This document shows positions 14,170 through 27,590 of a stretch of DNA of 64,000 nucleotides, piece by piece. The notes beneath the pieces were generated by a model. The model had not been told where the DNA came from and ran no database searches. It saw only the letters and a list, made by a program, of their open reading frames with translations. Each line of letters starts with the position of its first letter. The first letter of the stretch is position 1. The translations under genes and the position numbers were made by a program. The stretch comes from Lama glama (lineage: Eukaryota), in NCBI GenBank assembly GCA_028534125.1, contig CM052818.1, forward strand, positions 40,240,001 to 40,304,000. The letters are read 5' to 3'.

Positions 14170-15985
14170 CCAGAAGTGTAAGTGCTCTTAAATATACATA
14201 TGCAAAATACTTTGATATTAAAAATAACTCTTCACATAACTCTTAAGAAGAAATGAACAAGTTAAGCCTCAAACATCATGTCATGACACACGGAAAGGAA
14301 GCAATTAAAGACTGTAGGGTACATCAATAGTAGCTGGGAGCAAACTTGAAGAAACTCCTGCTGGGTCAAATACGGAACAATCTGAGCTTCAAAGTGTATA
14401 ACTATGCCTAATAGAAATAGATCAAATATGCTTAAATCGAAAAGGTAGTAATAGTATTTAAAAAAAAAACTAATTGTTCACCTTCAGAGGATTTTATGGA
14501 GTCAACTTATCTTGAAAGCTGGTAAATAAAGAGAAAGGATCATCTTTAAAAAGGCATTTATTCTGTGTTTCCTGTATTAATTATACAACTAAGTAACTAA
14601 CTAGTAGTTGAGGGGACATACCTATTTTTAAGTGTATCCCAAGTAACAAGTAAAAGAGAAATTATAGAATTAGGAGATCATTATTTTCTAATCCCCAATA
14701 AGTAAGTAGAACTAGGAATTGCGTTTGGTTTCCCTTCTCTTGCAAGCCCAAGGAGAGTAGTTGGTATTTTAGTGTTTTTAACTTTTATATGTTGTTAAGA
14801 CAGGGTAGCAAGTTCCAGGCGTCTTATATGCAGAACTGGAAACCAGAAGTCTCATTTTGTTACCCTGCCTGACAAAAGAGACATTACAGATGCAATTCAG
14901 CTTACGAATCAGTCGGCCATAAAATACGGAGGTTATCTAACTGTTCCTAACCTAATGAAAAGATTCTTTAAAAGGAAAGAGTTTTCTTCATCAGTGTCAG
15001 AAGAGGAAGTCAGAGATTTGAAACACGAGAGGGATTCAACACAAGGGAGGTTCCTTATGCTGAGAAGGTTAGGGCCACATGGAAGGACCTCAGAGTGAAC
15101 TCTAGGAACCAAGAGCAATCTCTGGCCAACAGCCAGCAAGAAGTCAGAGACCTCAGTCCTACAAACACAAAGAACTGAATTCAACCAATCACTTGAATGG
15201 CCTTGAAAATTAATTCTTTCCTAGAGCTTCCAGATGAGAACTCACCTTAGCAGACACCTTGGTTTCAGTCTTGTGATATTCAGAGCCAGGAACCCACTCA
15301 CAGTGTTCCAGACTTCTGACCTACAGAGCTGTGAGCTAATAGATGGGCATTGTTTTAAGTTACTAAGTTTATGGTAATTTGTTATGCAGCAAGAGAAGCA
15401 AATACAAGCATCAACAGCTGCTTATATCTCATAAAGAGAGAAACCAGACATTAAATGCCTCCTGATTAAAAAAATCACACACACACAAAATCAAAATATG
15501 CAGAACACAAGCATAAAGAAATCAGATAAAAAAGCACAGAGATGAAATAAAGTCTGAATAAGTCTTTGAATTCAGGAATCAATCTGCAGGAAAATAGAGG
15601 ACAGAGGAACAAGCTAAACTGCACCATGGCTGTACAATGGCAAAAATCCAGACTATGGGAGAGGATAAAGGTCAAATGCTTCAGGTTTATCAGAAGATAA
15701 ACTGGGAGAATAATGTGTTGGAGGGAGACCATGTAGACTGAAATACACTTAAAAGACATAACAAAACCTTTTAAAGGAAAAGACCAAATACAATGCCTAT
15801 AGATACATGTGTGAGTGATGAACTATAAGATGATGCCAAAAAAAAAAAAAAAGGATTACTGTAAAAGTCAAATTTGCATTTACTTTGTTGAGGGAGGAAG
15901 AGAAGAATTTCAAATTGGGATACAGCCAAGAAAGACTTCTGAAGTGGCTGGCAAAGTTCTACTTCTTGACCTAGATGTTGAAAAA
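14170..15985 (+). mobile_element. L1MC/L1MD-type 3' region split by an MLT1 LTR
   Basis: 'gagcaaacttgaagaaactcctgctgggtcaaa'. The element breaks at ~14721 and resumes at 15407 with 'agcatcaacagctgcttatatctcataaagagagaaaccagacatta'. Confidence 0.7.
14860..15406 (+). mobile_element. MLT1E-like ERVL-MaLR solo LTR, 5' end missing
   Basis: 'cagccagcaagaagtcagagacctcagtcctacaaacacaaagaactgaattc' and 3' terminus 'ctaagtttatggtaatttgttatgcagcaagagaagcaaataca'. Confidence 0.85.
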
Positions 15986-16244
15986 TCTTAAGTTACATGC
16001 AATGAATACTTGTTGAATGAGTTAATGAATACATTAGTCAAGGATAAAACAGAGATTTGAGTCATCATTATTTTTCCTGACAGCCTATAATGTTGCTGAA
16101 AAATTTAAACACAAAGCTCTTCACTGAGATAAGTTATGACTGTGACATTTAATCAGGTGATTCCCAAAGTCACCTGAACCTAGAAGAGAAAGATCACCTA
16201 CCTTTTCCCTTAGGAAGACCCTTTCAGCTCTAGTCCCTACAAAG

Positions 16245-16665
16245 AGGGTCACAAGGTATGGTCCCATTTAAGAAACTCAAGTGCTTATAGGGCCCTTGAA
16301 GGGAACAAAAATGAGTGAAACTGGCATATAAAATGTTATCTGGGAACAGGTGGTAAGATGTCAGCTGGGGGGAAAATAGGGAGTGTAGGGGATTATGGAA
16401 AACTGGGAGTCACTGAACTTCTCTGAAAGAGGGCAGAGACTTCTCTTTTATAGCCTTTTTGCAGATATGGGGGATCAGAGCCAAGTGTTGCCCAAGTGTT
16501 TTTCAAGGGAGTTTGGATATTTAAAGATTTATGTGAAATTCCTCCCCCTTTTTTTGTTATTAAATAATTCAAACATAAAACACTGTGTGGGCCAATGTTG
16601 TGAGTGCCAAACTAAACACTCTGAGGCCAGGTCCAGCCAAGAGGCTGCCAATTGGCTACCTCTGG
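16245..16665. mobile_element. MER45-like hAT-Tip100 DNA transposon
   Basis: 'aaactcaagtgcttatagggcc...aaacactgtgtgggccaa...ggctgccaattggctacctctgg'. Confidence 0.6.
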
Positions 16666-18469
16666 TAAGGATCCAGGATGGGGACTTGCATATTTCTATG
16701 TCACCCCCCTGCTGCCACCCCAGCTGTTTCTAATATGCAGGTGTGTGCCAGCAGCTTGTGTGCCGATTCCTAAGCTGCGGAAAGCATCTCAGTAGGGCCA
16801 TTTTCAAGAAAAAGTCTTGGCAACAACTTATCTGAAAGCCCTTCAACTAGAGCAGCTCTTCTTCTCAAATCAAATCCTTATTAAACATATTCTACTCAGA
16901 AGGAAGCAGGAAAGGATCGACCGAGTGTGGAAGGATACGATTCTCCATGCAGAAATAGTCAGGCCAACCACTGTCTACAGTGGTGGAAGACTGAGCAATT
17001 CCTCAAACTGTGTGAACCTCCCAGCCTAGATCTTTGTGTCACACAGGAGGGGAACCTTATCAACCTTCTGTCTTGAAACAGGGAGTTTGCACGCAGCCCA
17101 GGGGTGCTGCAATACTGTAATGAACTAAAGCACATGCAGGCACTGAACGTTGCCAAGGCTTCGTGACCACCATTAGCACTGAGGCTTCATGTTATTACAC
17201 TGCTGTCTACTGAGGAACTCCAAAACTACAATTACACAGCTGGTACCATTCATCACTGTACCCTTGAGTGTGAAAAGAGAATTTGAAATTACAGTATGAA
17301 ATGGGCACAAAACTCCTACTGTAAAATAATATTATTTCCAGAAATCCCAAATTGTTACAATTTGGCTTTCACTCCAAAAGGAAAAAAAAAAAAAAAGATC
17401 CTAGGGGTCCAAAATTTCCAGCTAGATTCCAGATGTCTCACAAGAAAAAGCAAGAAAAGCTTTCTATACTTTGGACAGTCTTTCCAAAGATGTTGGCTTT
17501 TCTGAAGGCCCATTAGAAAAACAAACAAACAAACAAACAAATCCATATTAATATGTTAAATAAAACTTTGTTACACAGAAAATTTCACAAGCCCTCCTGG
17601 TCCTATAGGTAGATGCCAATATCATTAAATTTCCCCAGCACACACTGTGGGCTTATTAAAACAGTACCAGGCAGAGGGGCTGGGCATTTCTGGGCATTCG
17701 TAACCCAACTGGAATGCTAGGTGCCTTTTGTAGGATTCCATAGGTGAGCAAGGCTTGCTGGAGAATTGAGTTTCTTCCTGTAACTATATTTTGTGGGGCC
17801 TTCTAGTATATATTCATCTCATCACTTTCCTTAAATAACAGGCACACATCACACCAAGGTGCATGTAGCCAAGCATACACTTTATGACAGGCACTATGTA
17901 CATGTTAGGGCTGCAAAGAAGACTAAGGGGAAGTCTTTGTCTTGAAGAGCTCACAATCTGGTTATAGCCCCTGTCTGAGCCTCAATTCCTCTTCAGGAAA
18001 TGAAGGGGGCTGGTTTAATAGTTTCTAAAGTCCCTTTCAGTGACTCTATAATGTTGTTTCCAAGGATCTGATATATTCACGATGGCATCTGTCTTATTTT
18101 GTTTCAGGTGAAATATGGAACACGGAACACATGCAGGATACTCAGAAGAGGGTGGTATAATTCTCAGGTCAGGGCTTGGGTTGGTGTATAAGACACTCCA
18201 TTGGACAGACAAGGATGTGGCTTTCATCCTTGAACTCATCACTCAACTTCTGGGCCTAGAATACCAATTTGCATACGGAAGTGTAGGTTCATGATTGTTT
18301 AACAAAGGTTATAATATACGTCCTTAGTATTTTGAAACTGGGGAGCAATGTTGTTTCTTTTAACATCAAGTTGAGTTGGCATTGTATGCCCCATGACACC
18401 TTTGGCATTGTGAAAGAGGACAGAATAAGGAATAAAAAGACTACACTGCACAGCTGAGGAAACAATAAA

Positions 18470-19651
18470 AAAAAAATGAAACATATTCTGTGGATTTGGA
18501 AAACTTTTGGCAAACCACATGCCTGGTAAGGAGTTAATATCCAGAATATGTAAGGAACTCACACAATTCAACAGCAACAAAGCCACCCAATTAAAAAATA
18601 GGCAATGAACTTGAATAGATATGTTTCCAAAGAAGATATACAAGTGGCCAACAGGTGTATGACAAGGTGCACAATATCATCAGTTATCTAGGAAGTACAA
18701 ATCAGAACCACGTTGAGATGTTACGTAACAGCTGATGACTGCTATCAAAAATAAATAAATAAATAAAATATAAGTGCTGGTGAGAAAACAGAGAAAAGGA
18801 AACCTTGTACACGGTTGGTGGGAATATAAACTGGCACACCTATTAACAGTATGGCTGTTCCTCAAAAAAACTGAAAATAGAACTACCATATGATCCAGCA
18901 ATTCCTTTTCTGGATATATACTCAAAGGAAATTAAATCAATATCTTGAAGAGATGCTCCCATGTTCATTGCAGCATCATTCTCAGTTGCTAAGATATGAA
19001 AACAACTTAAGTGTCTATCAAAGGATAAGTGGATAAAGAAACTGCAGCATGTATGTCAACTATATTTCAACTATAAACAAACAAACAAACTTAAATAAAT
19101 AAGCAAGCTGTGAAAAAAGAAAAAAATTGTAATATATATATATATACACATACATATATATGAATATTATTTAGCCTTATAAAAGGAGATCCTGCTATTT
19201 GCAACAACATGAATGAAACTGGAGGACAGTATGTAAAATAAAATTAGCCAGACACATAAAGTGAAAAAAACAAACAAACAAAAAGCAACTGCATGATCTT
19301 ACTTATATTTGGAATCTAAAAATGTTTAATACATAGAAGCAGTGAGTACAACAGTGGTTACCAGTGTCAAGAAAGCTGGGAAAATAGAGATGTTGGTCAA
19401 AGGGTACAAAGTTGTGGTTATGTAGTATGAATAAGTCCAGAGATCTAATGTACGGCATGATGACTATAGATAATAATATGATATTAAACACTGAAAATTT
19501 GTAAGAGAGTGTATTTCAGGTGCTCCGATCACACACACTTAGACACAATATGGTAATTGTGTGAGAAGAAAATGTATTAAATAGCTTGACTGTAGTAATC
19601 ATTTCACTATGGCTATGTTTATCAAACCATCATGTTGTCACCATATATATT
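18470..19651 (+). mobile_element. L1MA-type 3' end (end of ORF2 plus 3'UTR); tail resumes after Tigger1 at ~22094-22120
   Basis: 'aaaatagaactaccatatgatccagcaattcc', 'atgttcattgcagcatcattc' and 'gatgttggtcaaagggtacaaagttg'. Confidence 0.9.
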
Positions 19652-20239
19652 TAGGCATACCGTGGAGTTCAATTTCAAACCACCATAATAAAGTAAATAT
19701 CACAATAAAGTGAGTCACACAAATTTTTTTGTGTTCTTAGTGCATATAAAAATTATGTTTATACTGCACTGTAGTCTATTAAGTGTACAACAGCATGTCT
19801 AAAAATGTACATACAGTAATTTAAAAATACTTTATTGCTAAAGAAGAAAAACCGCTAATCATCATCTGAACCCTCAGTGAGTCATACTCTTTTTGCTAAT
19901 AGAGGATCTTGACTTGATGTTGATGGCTGCTGATGGATCACAGTGACTGTTGCTAAAAGTTGGGGTGGCAATTTCTTAAAATAGGACAATGAAGTGTACC
20001 ACATCAACTGACTCTTCCTTTCACAAGCGATTTCTCTGTAGCATGCAGTGCAGTTTAGTAGTTTTATCCACCATAGAACTTCTTTCAAAACTGGACTCAA
20101 TCCTCTCAAACTGCTGTATCAACTAAGTTTATGTCATATTCTAAATCCTTTGATGTCATTTCAATCGTCTTCACAGCATCTTCACCAGGAGTAGATTCCA
20201 GCTCAAGAAACCACTTTCTTTGCTCATCTATAAGAAGCA

Positions 20240-21605
20240 ACTCCTCAGCTCTTTAAGTTTTATCGTGAGTTTGAAACAATTCAGTCACATCTTTAGGCTC
20301 CACTTTTAATTCTAGTTCTCTTGCGATTTTCACATCTGCGGTACTTCCTCCTCTGTAGTCTTAAACTCCTCAAAGTCATCCATGAGGGCTGGAATCAACT
20401 TCTCCTAAACTTCTGTTAATGTTACTATTTTGATCTCTTCCCATAAATTACAGATATTCTTAACGACATCTACAATAGTGAATCTTTTCCAGAAGGTTTT
20501 TAACGGACTTTGACCAGATCCACCAGAGGAATCATATCTGTGGCAGCTATAGTCTTACAAAATATATTTCTTAAATATTAAGACTTGAAAGTCAAAATGA
20601 CACCTTGATCCATGGGCTGCAGAATGAATGCTGTGTTAGCAGACATGAAAATAACATTCATCTTGTTGTACATTTCCATTAGAGCTCTTGGGTTACCAGG
20701 TGCATTGTCAATGAGTAGTAATATTTTGAAAGAAATCTTTTTTTCTGAGCAGTAGGTCTCAACAGCAGGCTTAAAATATTCAGTAAACCATGTTGTAAAC
20801 AGATGTGCTGTCATCTAGGCTTTGTTGTTGCATTTATAGAGCACAGGCAGAGTAGATTTAGCATAATACTTAAAGGCCCTCGGATTTTTAGAATGGTAAA
20901 TCAGCATTGGCTTCAACTCAATGTCACCAGCTGCATTAGCCATTAACGAGATAGTCAGCTTGTCCTTTGAAGCTTTGAAATCAGGCATTGACTTCCTCTC
21001 TTGAGCTATGAAAGTCCTAAAAGGCATCTTCTTCCAATAAAAGGCCTCCACTGAAAATCCGTTGTTTAGTGTAGCCACCTTCATTAATGATCTCAGCTAG
21101 ATCTTCTTGATAACTTGTTGGCAGCTTCTATATCAGTACCTGCTGCTTCCTCTTACACTTTTGTATTACGGAGATGGCTTCTTTCCTTAGTTCTCTTGAC
21201 CCAATCTCTGCTAGCTTCGAACTTTTCTTCTGCAGCTTCCTCATCTCTCTCAACCTTCACAGAATTGAAGAGAGTTATGGCCTTGCTCTGGATTAGACCT
21301 TGGCTTAAGGGAATGTTGTGGCTGGTTTGATCTTCTATCTGGACCACTAAAGGTTTCTCCTTATCAGCAAGAAGGCTGTTCCACTTTCTTATCATTCATG
21401 TGTTCACTGAAGTGGCACTTTCAGTTTCCTTCAAGAACTTTTCCTTTTCATTCACAACTTGTCTAACTGGTGCAAGAGGCTGAGCTTGTGACCTCTCTGG
21501 GCTTTTGACATGCATTGTTCACTAAGCTTAATCACTTCTAGCTTTTGATTTAAAGTGAGAGATGTGCAACACTGCCTGTCCCTTGAACACTTACTTAGAG
21601 GCCAC
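20240..21605 (-). pseudogene. Disrupted Tigger1 transposase (HTH-psq, CENP-B-type HTH, DDE)
   Basis: Pieces in different frames: 'TSLTLNQKLEVIKLSE' (21452..21721), '[20 protein letters not shown]' (21153..21395), '[13 protein letters not shown]...ANAAGD' (20815..21084) and '[11 protein letters not shown]...LQPMDQGVI' (20578..20814). Stops and frameshifts separate them. The 3' boundary is approximate. Confidence 0.9.
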
Positions 21606-21846
21606 TGTAGGGTTATTAATTGGCCTGACTTCAAAATCCTGCGTCTCAGGAAAGAGAGATGTCTAAAGAGAGGAAGAGCAATGGGAGAACAGCCAGTCCA
21701 TGGAGCAGTCAGAACACACACATCATGTATTGATTATTAAGTTCACTGTCTTACATGGGCACAGTTTACAGTGCCCCAGAACAATTACAACAGTGACATC
21801 AAAGGTCACTGATCACAGATCACCATAACAAATATAGTAATCAAAA

Positions 21847-21849
21847 TAA

Positions 21850-21884
<35 letters not shown>

Positions 21885-21893
21885 TAATAATAA
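21847..21893. repeat. (AAT)n microsatellite expanded inside Tigger1
   Basis: Read directly from the sequence. Confidence 0.9.
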
Positions 21894-24800
21894 AGTTTGA
21901 AATATTGAGACAATTACCAAATGTGACACAGAGACACAAGGACAAAGGCTATTGGAAAAATGGCACTGATAGACGTGCTCAAAACTTCAATTGCCACAAA
22001 CCTTCAATTTGTAAAAACATAAAATAAAATAAACAAAGAAGAAATATCTGTGAAGTGCAATAAAGAGAAGCGTGATAAAACAAGTTATGCTTGTGATTTT
22101 TATTTTTAAAAAAGAAATAATAGAACAAACTTGGGTGTTAGAATCATCTGTGAAATGGGAAGAATACTTCAGAAGATTACTGCAAAAGAAATGAAGTATG
22201 CAAAGTATTTAGCATATTTACTTATTACTATGACTACAACTACTATTAAAATGCAATATCTATATAAATGTTTATCTCTCTTTCTACACTTTCTAAGTAA
22301 CTGACTACAGCTCCCTCCTCACAGCCGCGAATAGCCTTGATAATTCCTTATCTCCTTTGGGTTATTTTTGTTTGTTTGTTTTGTTTTGTTTTTGTTTTTT
22401 TACTATAAATAGTTCCACCATCCACAAGTTGTTCTGCTTTCCTACAAACCCTAGAATGTTTCTCATTAGCTCCATAGAAAGCACACCAAACCCAAGTAAG
22501 CGCTTAGCAAGTTAGTGGAATTGCTTTCCAACAGAGAAGAAGACCTCTCTCCCTACCTGTCTAGGACCCCAGCCCTTCCTTGCCACCACTTGCTTCAAAG
22601 CCTTTAGCTGGTTCACAGGGAACATTAATGAATGAAATCGATCCCTTGGGTACAAGGACGGTCATTGTCCTTGGCATGCTTCTCCCTGAAGCCAGCTGCC
22701 CTTTAGGCTCCGTAAGCTATAGAAGGCTAAAACAGTGCTCTTGACACATCACACCTGCTTCCCAGGGCACATCTCACCCAGCACCAGCCAGACTACAACC
22801 CTGGGCCACGTTTAATGATTCTGCAGTGTTCAGATTAACTCTTTTGCTTGACTGGCTTTTATGGACGTAGCCAAGTCCATTTGGTCTTGTTTTAATAACA
22901 TCCCAATAAAAGAGCTGGGAAATTAGATGCTAGGAATGACATTTAAATCCTCCATTTCCCTTTGCTGCAATAACAGCCTTTTTGATAATAAAGTAGATAA
23001 ATTTTATTAAATGATATGAAGTTTTTCCATTTGAAAGCAATTAAAAAATGCTTTCAGTTCAGAATTATAAAACTATTCACTTCAGATTCGAGGCTGACAC
23101 TTTTATTGGGAATCTGAGTTATAACATGTTCAGCTCTATGCCCATTCATTGGCCCCTGATACTTCTGCCAACTTTTTATGGTTTTATGTGAAAGTACAGT
23201 ATTTAAGCCTCCTCTAAATTCATGAGCTTCCCTTGCTTCTGAAAAAGGCTCCTCAGTGTCTTAACAATGCACAACCAGGGCTGATGTTTATTTAAAAACA
23301 TCTGCTCCATCCTTTGTGGTATAACATACTAAAGTAGCCTGACATTTTAAATACTTTTTCTTTACACTTTGTGTCAAACAATGAGAGAACGTAACTACTT
23401 TCGTGATGAAAAACTGTTCAGGGCAATTACAAGATGATACAGTAAGTGGACTAAATGGTACCCAAAGTAATCAAAGGCAAACACCAGGATTAGCCCGAAT
23501 GCTGCAAAAGCCCACTTATATGGAGATTTCTAGTTCCCTAAATATCTCTATGATTATGCTTTACATCTTAGTGCTTCCTAATTGATAATGAAAATATTCC
23601 CTTGTTATTTTATTTTTTAAGATAAAAAGGTGAATTACTAATTTTTAAAGTTTTCAACAAATCAGGACAGGCAAAAAAAAAAAAAAACTATCTCTACATC
23701 CCTGATTGCTATATCCACCTGGCAGCCTAGAGGGAACAGAAATTCTTTTAGTGCTACTGACCACTGATTCACTTGAAACCATTTTTCATAGCCACCCTTA
23801 CTTATGTCCAGTGCAGAAGTGAATTAGGGATGTAAGGAAATGCAGTTTTTTTTTCACTTATGTGCATATGAATCATTTAACTACCGGAATATCACCCAGT
23901 AGAGACCCTGTTCAACTTGCTTTGATGATAAAATATTGTTTCTAAAATACCAGGTGCTTCTAATATTTTCAAAGACAGTTTTTTATCAGTCTAAACACAA
24001 CTTCAACATTTCCCCAGAAACACATATACACATACGTAAGAAACTGTTTTCTGCTATAGATTGGGCAAAAGTAAACTTTGGGTTGGACTCTATTGATAAT
24101 AACAGATTACAAAAGCCTTTAATCAAGAGAAAACTTTATTACTGAAGACACTTGAACATTCTCTTGGGTGTGATATCTGGAGCAAAGGTGACATTGAAAG
24201 AAAATGAAAGTCAAGCGTGGCTAAATTTCCTAAGGAGCAATTTGACAGCCACAATACACCCAAAGTAGAAGAAAGCACAGTTCTGTTTATTAGCAGGGTG
24301 AAGAGTGATTTCTCACTGTTGTTGAAAACCTATTCTGCAGTCACAGAAACACAGGTTGCCAGTGCCAGGAGGAAGCCTGAGAATATTCCAGCAAAAAGAG
24401 GTACTGTTCTACCCTGACCAGTCTGGCAGGAAGGAACCCCTGCTCTGCCTGACTCAGGAGGACTCAGTGCTCATCCTCAGTGTGAACTTCTGACTGTCCT
24501 CCCTCATTCCACACACTTGGGCATCTGCCACCGCATGGGTTCGCGATTTGGGGTTAATACAATTGCGCACAACAGTGCCCAAATGAATTCCTGAAAAGGA
24601 GCTAGGAGTAGAAAGCCACAGGATCTGTGAGAGCAGACACAACAGGGAAATGTTATTCATGACCTTTTATAATATCGTGGCTCACTTTGGTCCGTAAATC
24701 TCCTTTTCTGATCATACCAATCTACCCTGTGAACACACAGGCCTTTGATTGTCTCTTTATTAGCTTAGCAAATGGAGTGATGGGTGAGCTTCTGTCATGG

Positions 24801-24944
24801 TGCTGACTCTGTTACAAAGTGTAAAGGGAATTCCCATCCACCCATGGGCCAGGAGGTGCCCAAATGTCAAAATGCATCTGTTTTATGGACATTCAACAGG
24901 AATGTTTTATCAAAAAGCACAGTCATAAATCTCTACCAGCTGCC

Positions 24945-26425
24945 ACTCTCTACTGGACCCTTCCAATCACCATATAATATGTCAAGGCATCTCCCATATT
25001 AAAAAAAAAAAAAACCTCCCCCTTTAACCCACATCCTCCTCTAGCTACCTGCCACAGTATTTCCATCCTTCTCTTTACAGTAAAACCCTTAGGAGTAAAG
25101 AGTTGTGCTCCCTGTCTCCATTTCCTCTCCTCCAAGTTTTTTTTTTTTTGAATCACTCCAATTAGGCTGATGTCGTCACCATCAAACAAAACATTTATTT
25201 TCAGTGTCATGAAAAAACAATAACAACTCCATGTTGACCTTTGCTCATTGGCTGATTTCTTTCAGCCTCCTTTGTTTATCTCTCTTCACATCCCTAAATT
25301 TTAAATGCTGAAGCATCTGGAAGTTCAGTCTTAACACCTCATCTCTTCTTTATCTACTCTCTCTTACTGGGTGATTACATACAGACCCACAGGATTAGAT
25401 TCTATCTATGTGTTGACGACTTCCAAAGTAGATCTCAGGTACAGACTTCTCCACCGAAGACCCTACCTGCTTCCTCAACACTCTCACCTTGATGTCCCAT
25501 AAAAATACATAACCTAATCTGTTAATTCCCTACAAACCCTATTCCTTCTGAAGTCGTCTCCATCATAGTAAATGACAATTCCATCCTTCAACGTGTTCTG
25601 GTTCACCATATCCCTCCCACCTTAAAATTAAACTCATCCTTGGACCTTTCCTTTCTTCATGCCTGTGTCCCACCTGTCAGAAAGTTATTTTATTTCTAGA
25701 ATCTAATCTCTTTTTACCTCCCTGGTTCAACCTACTATCATCATGCACCCAGGTTACTGCCAAAGCCTTCCATCAGGACTCCTTGCTTCCACCCTCTACC
25801 CCAAATGTATATTCTATACAAAGCAGCCAAAGATATTTAAATCATATCTTTTAAATTGCCATATAGCAAAATTGATTCTTTGGTGTACAGTAGCATGACC
25901 ATGATCATCCTAGAATCAAATCCTCCAATGGCTTCTTGAAGTCACCACCAGGGCCCTCAAAACCCTATGCAGTCTGACCACCAATCACTTTTCTCCACTC
26001 CTTGCTCGAATCCAACACATGGTATGCCTTGCTGTTTCTTAAACCCAATAGTCACTCTCTTACCTTTTCCTCTCCTCTGTCTGCGATGCTCATCTCCTGA
26101 ATATATGCAGAACTTCTTCCAGGTTATCCACTTGGATGTCATCTTATCAGGAGAGTTTTCTCGAACTATCCTATCTAAAAATGAACCCCCAACTCTCTGT
26201 GACACATACTATATTTTTCTTTCCTTCACAGCACTTGTCGCACTATCTGAACTACTATTTCTACTACCGGGTTATTTGTTTGCAGGCTTATTACCCATCT
26301 CCCCTTACTAGTATGCAAGCTTAATGAGAGAGAGCATTTGTTGGTCACTGCTATATGCATTTGTCAAAAATAGAGTATGATTCATGTAGTAGGACTCAGA
26401 TATATGTGAAATCATTAAATCAACA
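24945..26425 (+). mobile_element. L2 LINE, long 3' fragment
   Basis: 'ccttctctttacagtaaaaccc...ccctgtctccatttcctctcctcc', 'tctatctatgtgttgacgacttccaaa' and 'caaatcctccaatggcttc', plus an L2-type tail near 26400. Confidence 0.8.
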
Positions 26426-27374
26426 CATTAAAGAATGTTAGATCTAGAAAGGACCATAGCAAACATCAAAGTAAATAGAGTTTTTCATACATTCCTCACC
26501 CAGTAGAAAAAGTCAGTCTACCAGTAAAGGAGCAATAATTTACAGATCATTTACAGTATCCTTTACTTTATAGTGTAAAAAACAAAAAGGTAGATTTTTC
26601 AATTTCTAAACTTTAGAAGACATTTAAGTAAGGATGACAATGGACAGCAGAAAACTCTACAAACCAAGGGAAACTTTAACTAATTACAATTTCCTCTGTT
26701 CATGTACACATATACATACACACATGACAGTTATCTCAGAGAAGAAATAAAAGGCTTAATGGGCAAGCTACAACCACAAATGACAATAAGGGAAGAGGAG
26801 AGGGTGAAGGGAATGGTAGTCTGTTTACACATGCTTAGTTGGATGATAAAGCAAGTTTGTAGCAAAGAAAACTGGTGTTACCATGCATGGTGGACAATCA
26901 ACTTCCTGTGTCGGGAATCTGTGGTGAGAATCTATTTTAGATAAATCAATTTTCTTTAAACAGGGTCTGTGATTAAGATTCTCTTCTAAGTGGCACTACA
27001 TACCACTGCCGATCACAGTTCTATGAAAAGACTCCATCCATGCAAGTGTAAGCTTTAGAAAAACAAGACCAAATGGGACAATGTACATTCTGATGAGAGC
27101 ATCAGATCTTACATATACACATGCTGCACACACAAACACACCTAATCTCCATCTCTCATTTCCATAAGAATCCTCTTCTAGATGAATGTTCTACTTCTAG
27201 TACTGATGGAGACAATATACTTAATACCTTTATAAGTCACATTATGGAAACTCCCATAAAAAGGGAGGTAAAATGTAATTGAGAAAGATCAGATTGTAGA
27301 AGCAAGGGTAGCAGGTTTGAGGCCAATTAGAAGCATAGAACTGCTTTCTCAAATGTCTACCCACTCTTTGAGTA

Positions 27375-27590
27375 CCCTGAGTTTTAGATTCAAACAGTCT
27401 TGGATTCAAATCATGGATCTAGAAACCACCACTTGTATGACCTTGAAGAACATTCTTAACTCTTAGAGCTTCATATGTCTTCTTTACAAAATTGAGCACC
27501 CTTGGTGCCCCCATAAACCACAAGGCCAATGTGAAAATGGAATAACACTGGTAAAGAGGCTGGTACAGCTCTTAATATACAGTGTGTTCC
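27375..27590 (+). mobile_element. MIR SINE
   Basis: 'cagtcttggattcaaatcatggatct...acttgtatgaccttgaagaacattcttaactctt'. Confidence 0.7.

Larger units (their letters stand above)
19652..22093 (-). mobile_element. Full-length Tigger1 (TcMar-Tigger/pogo) DNA transposon
   Basis: Both termini are present ('taggcataccgtggag' at 19652 and 'ataaaacaagttatgcttg' ending at 22093). Length is ~2.44 kb, and internal ORF pieces match Tigger1 transposase. Confidence 0.95.

Noticed and set aside
20240..21605. Domesticated TIGD/CENP-B-like gene
   Set aside because: The reading frame is split by multiple stops and frameshifts and sits inside an ordinary TIR-bounded Tigger1.
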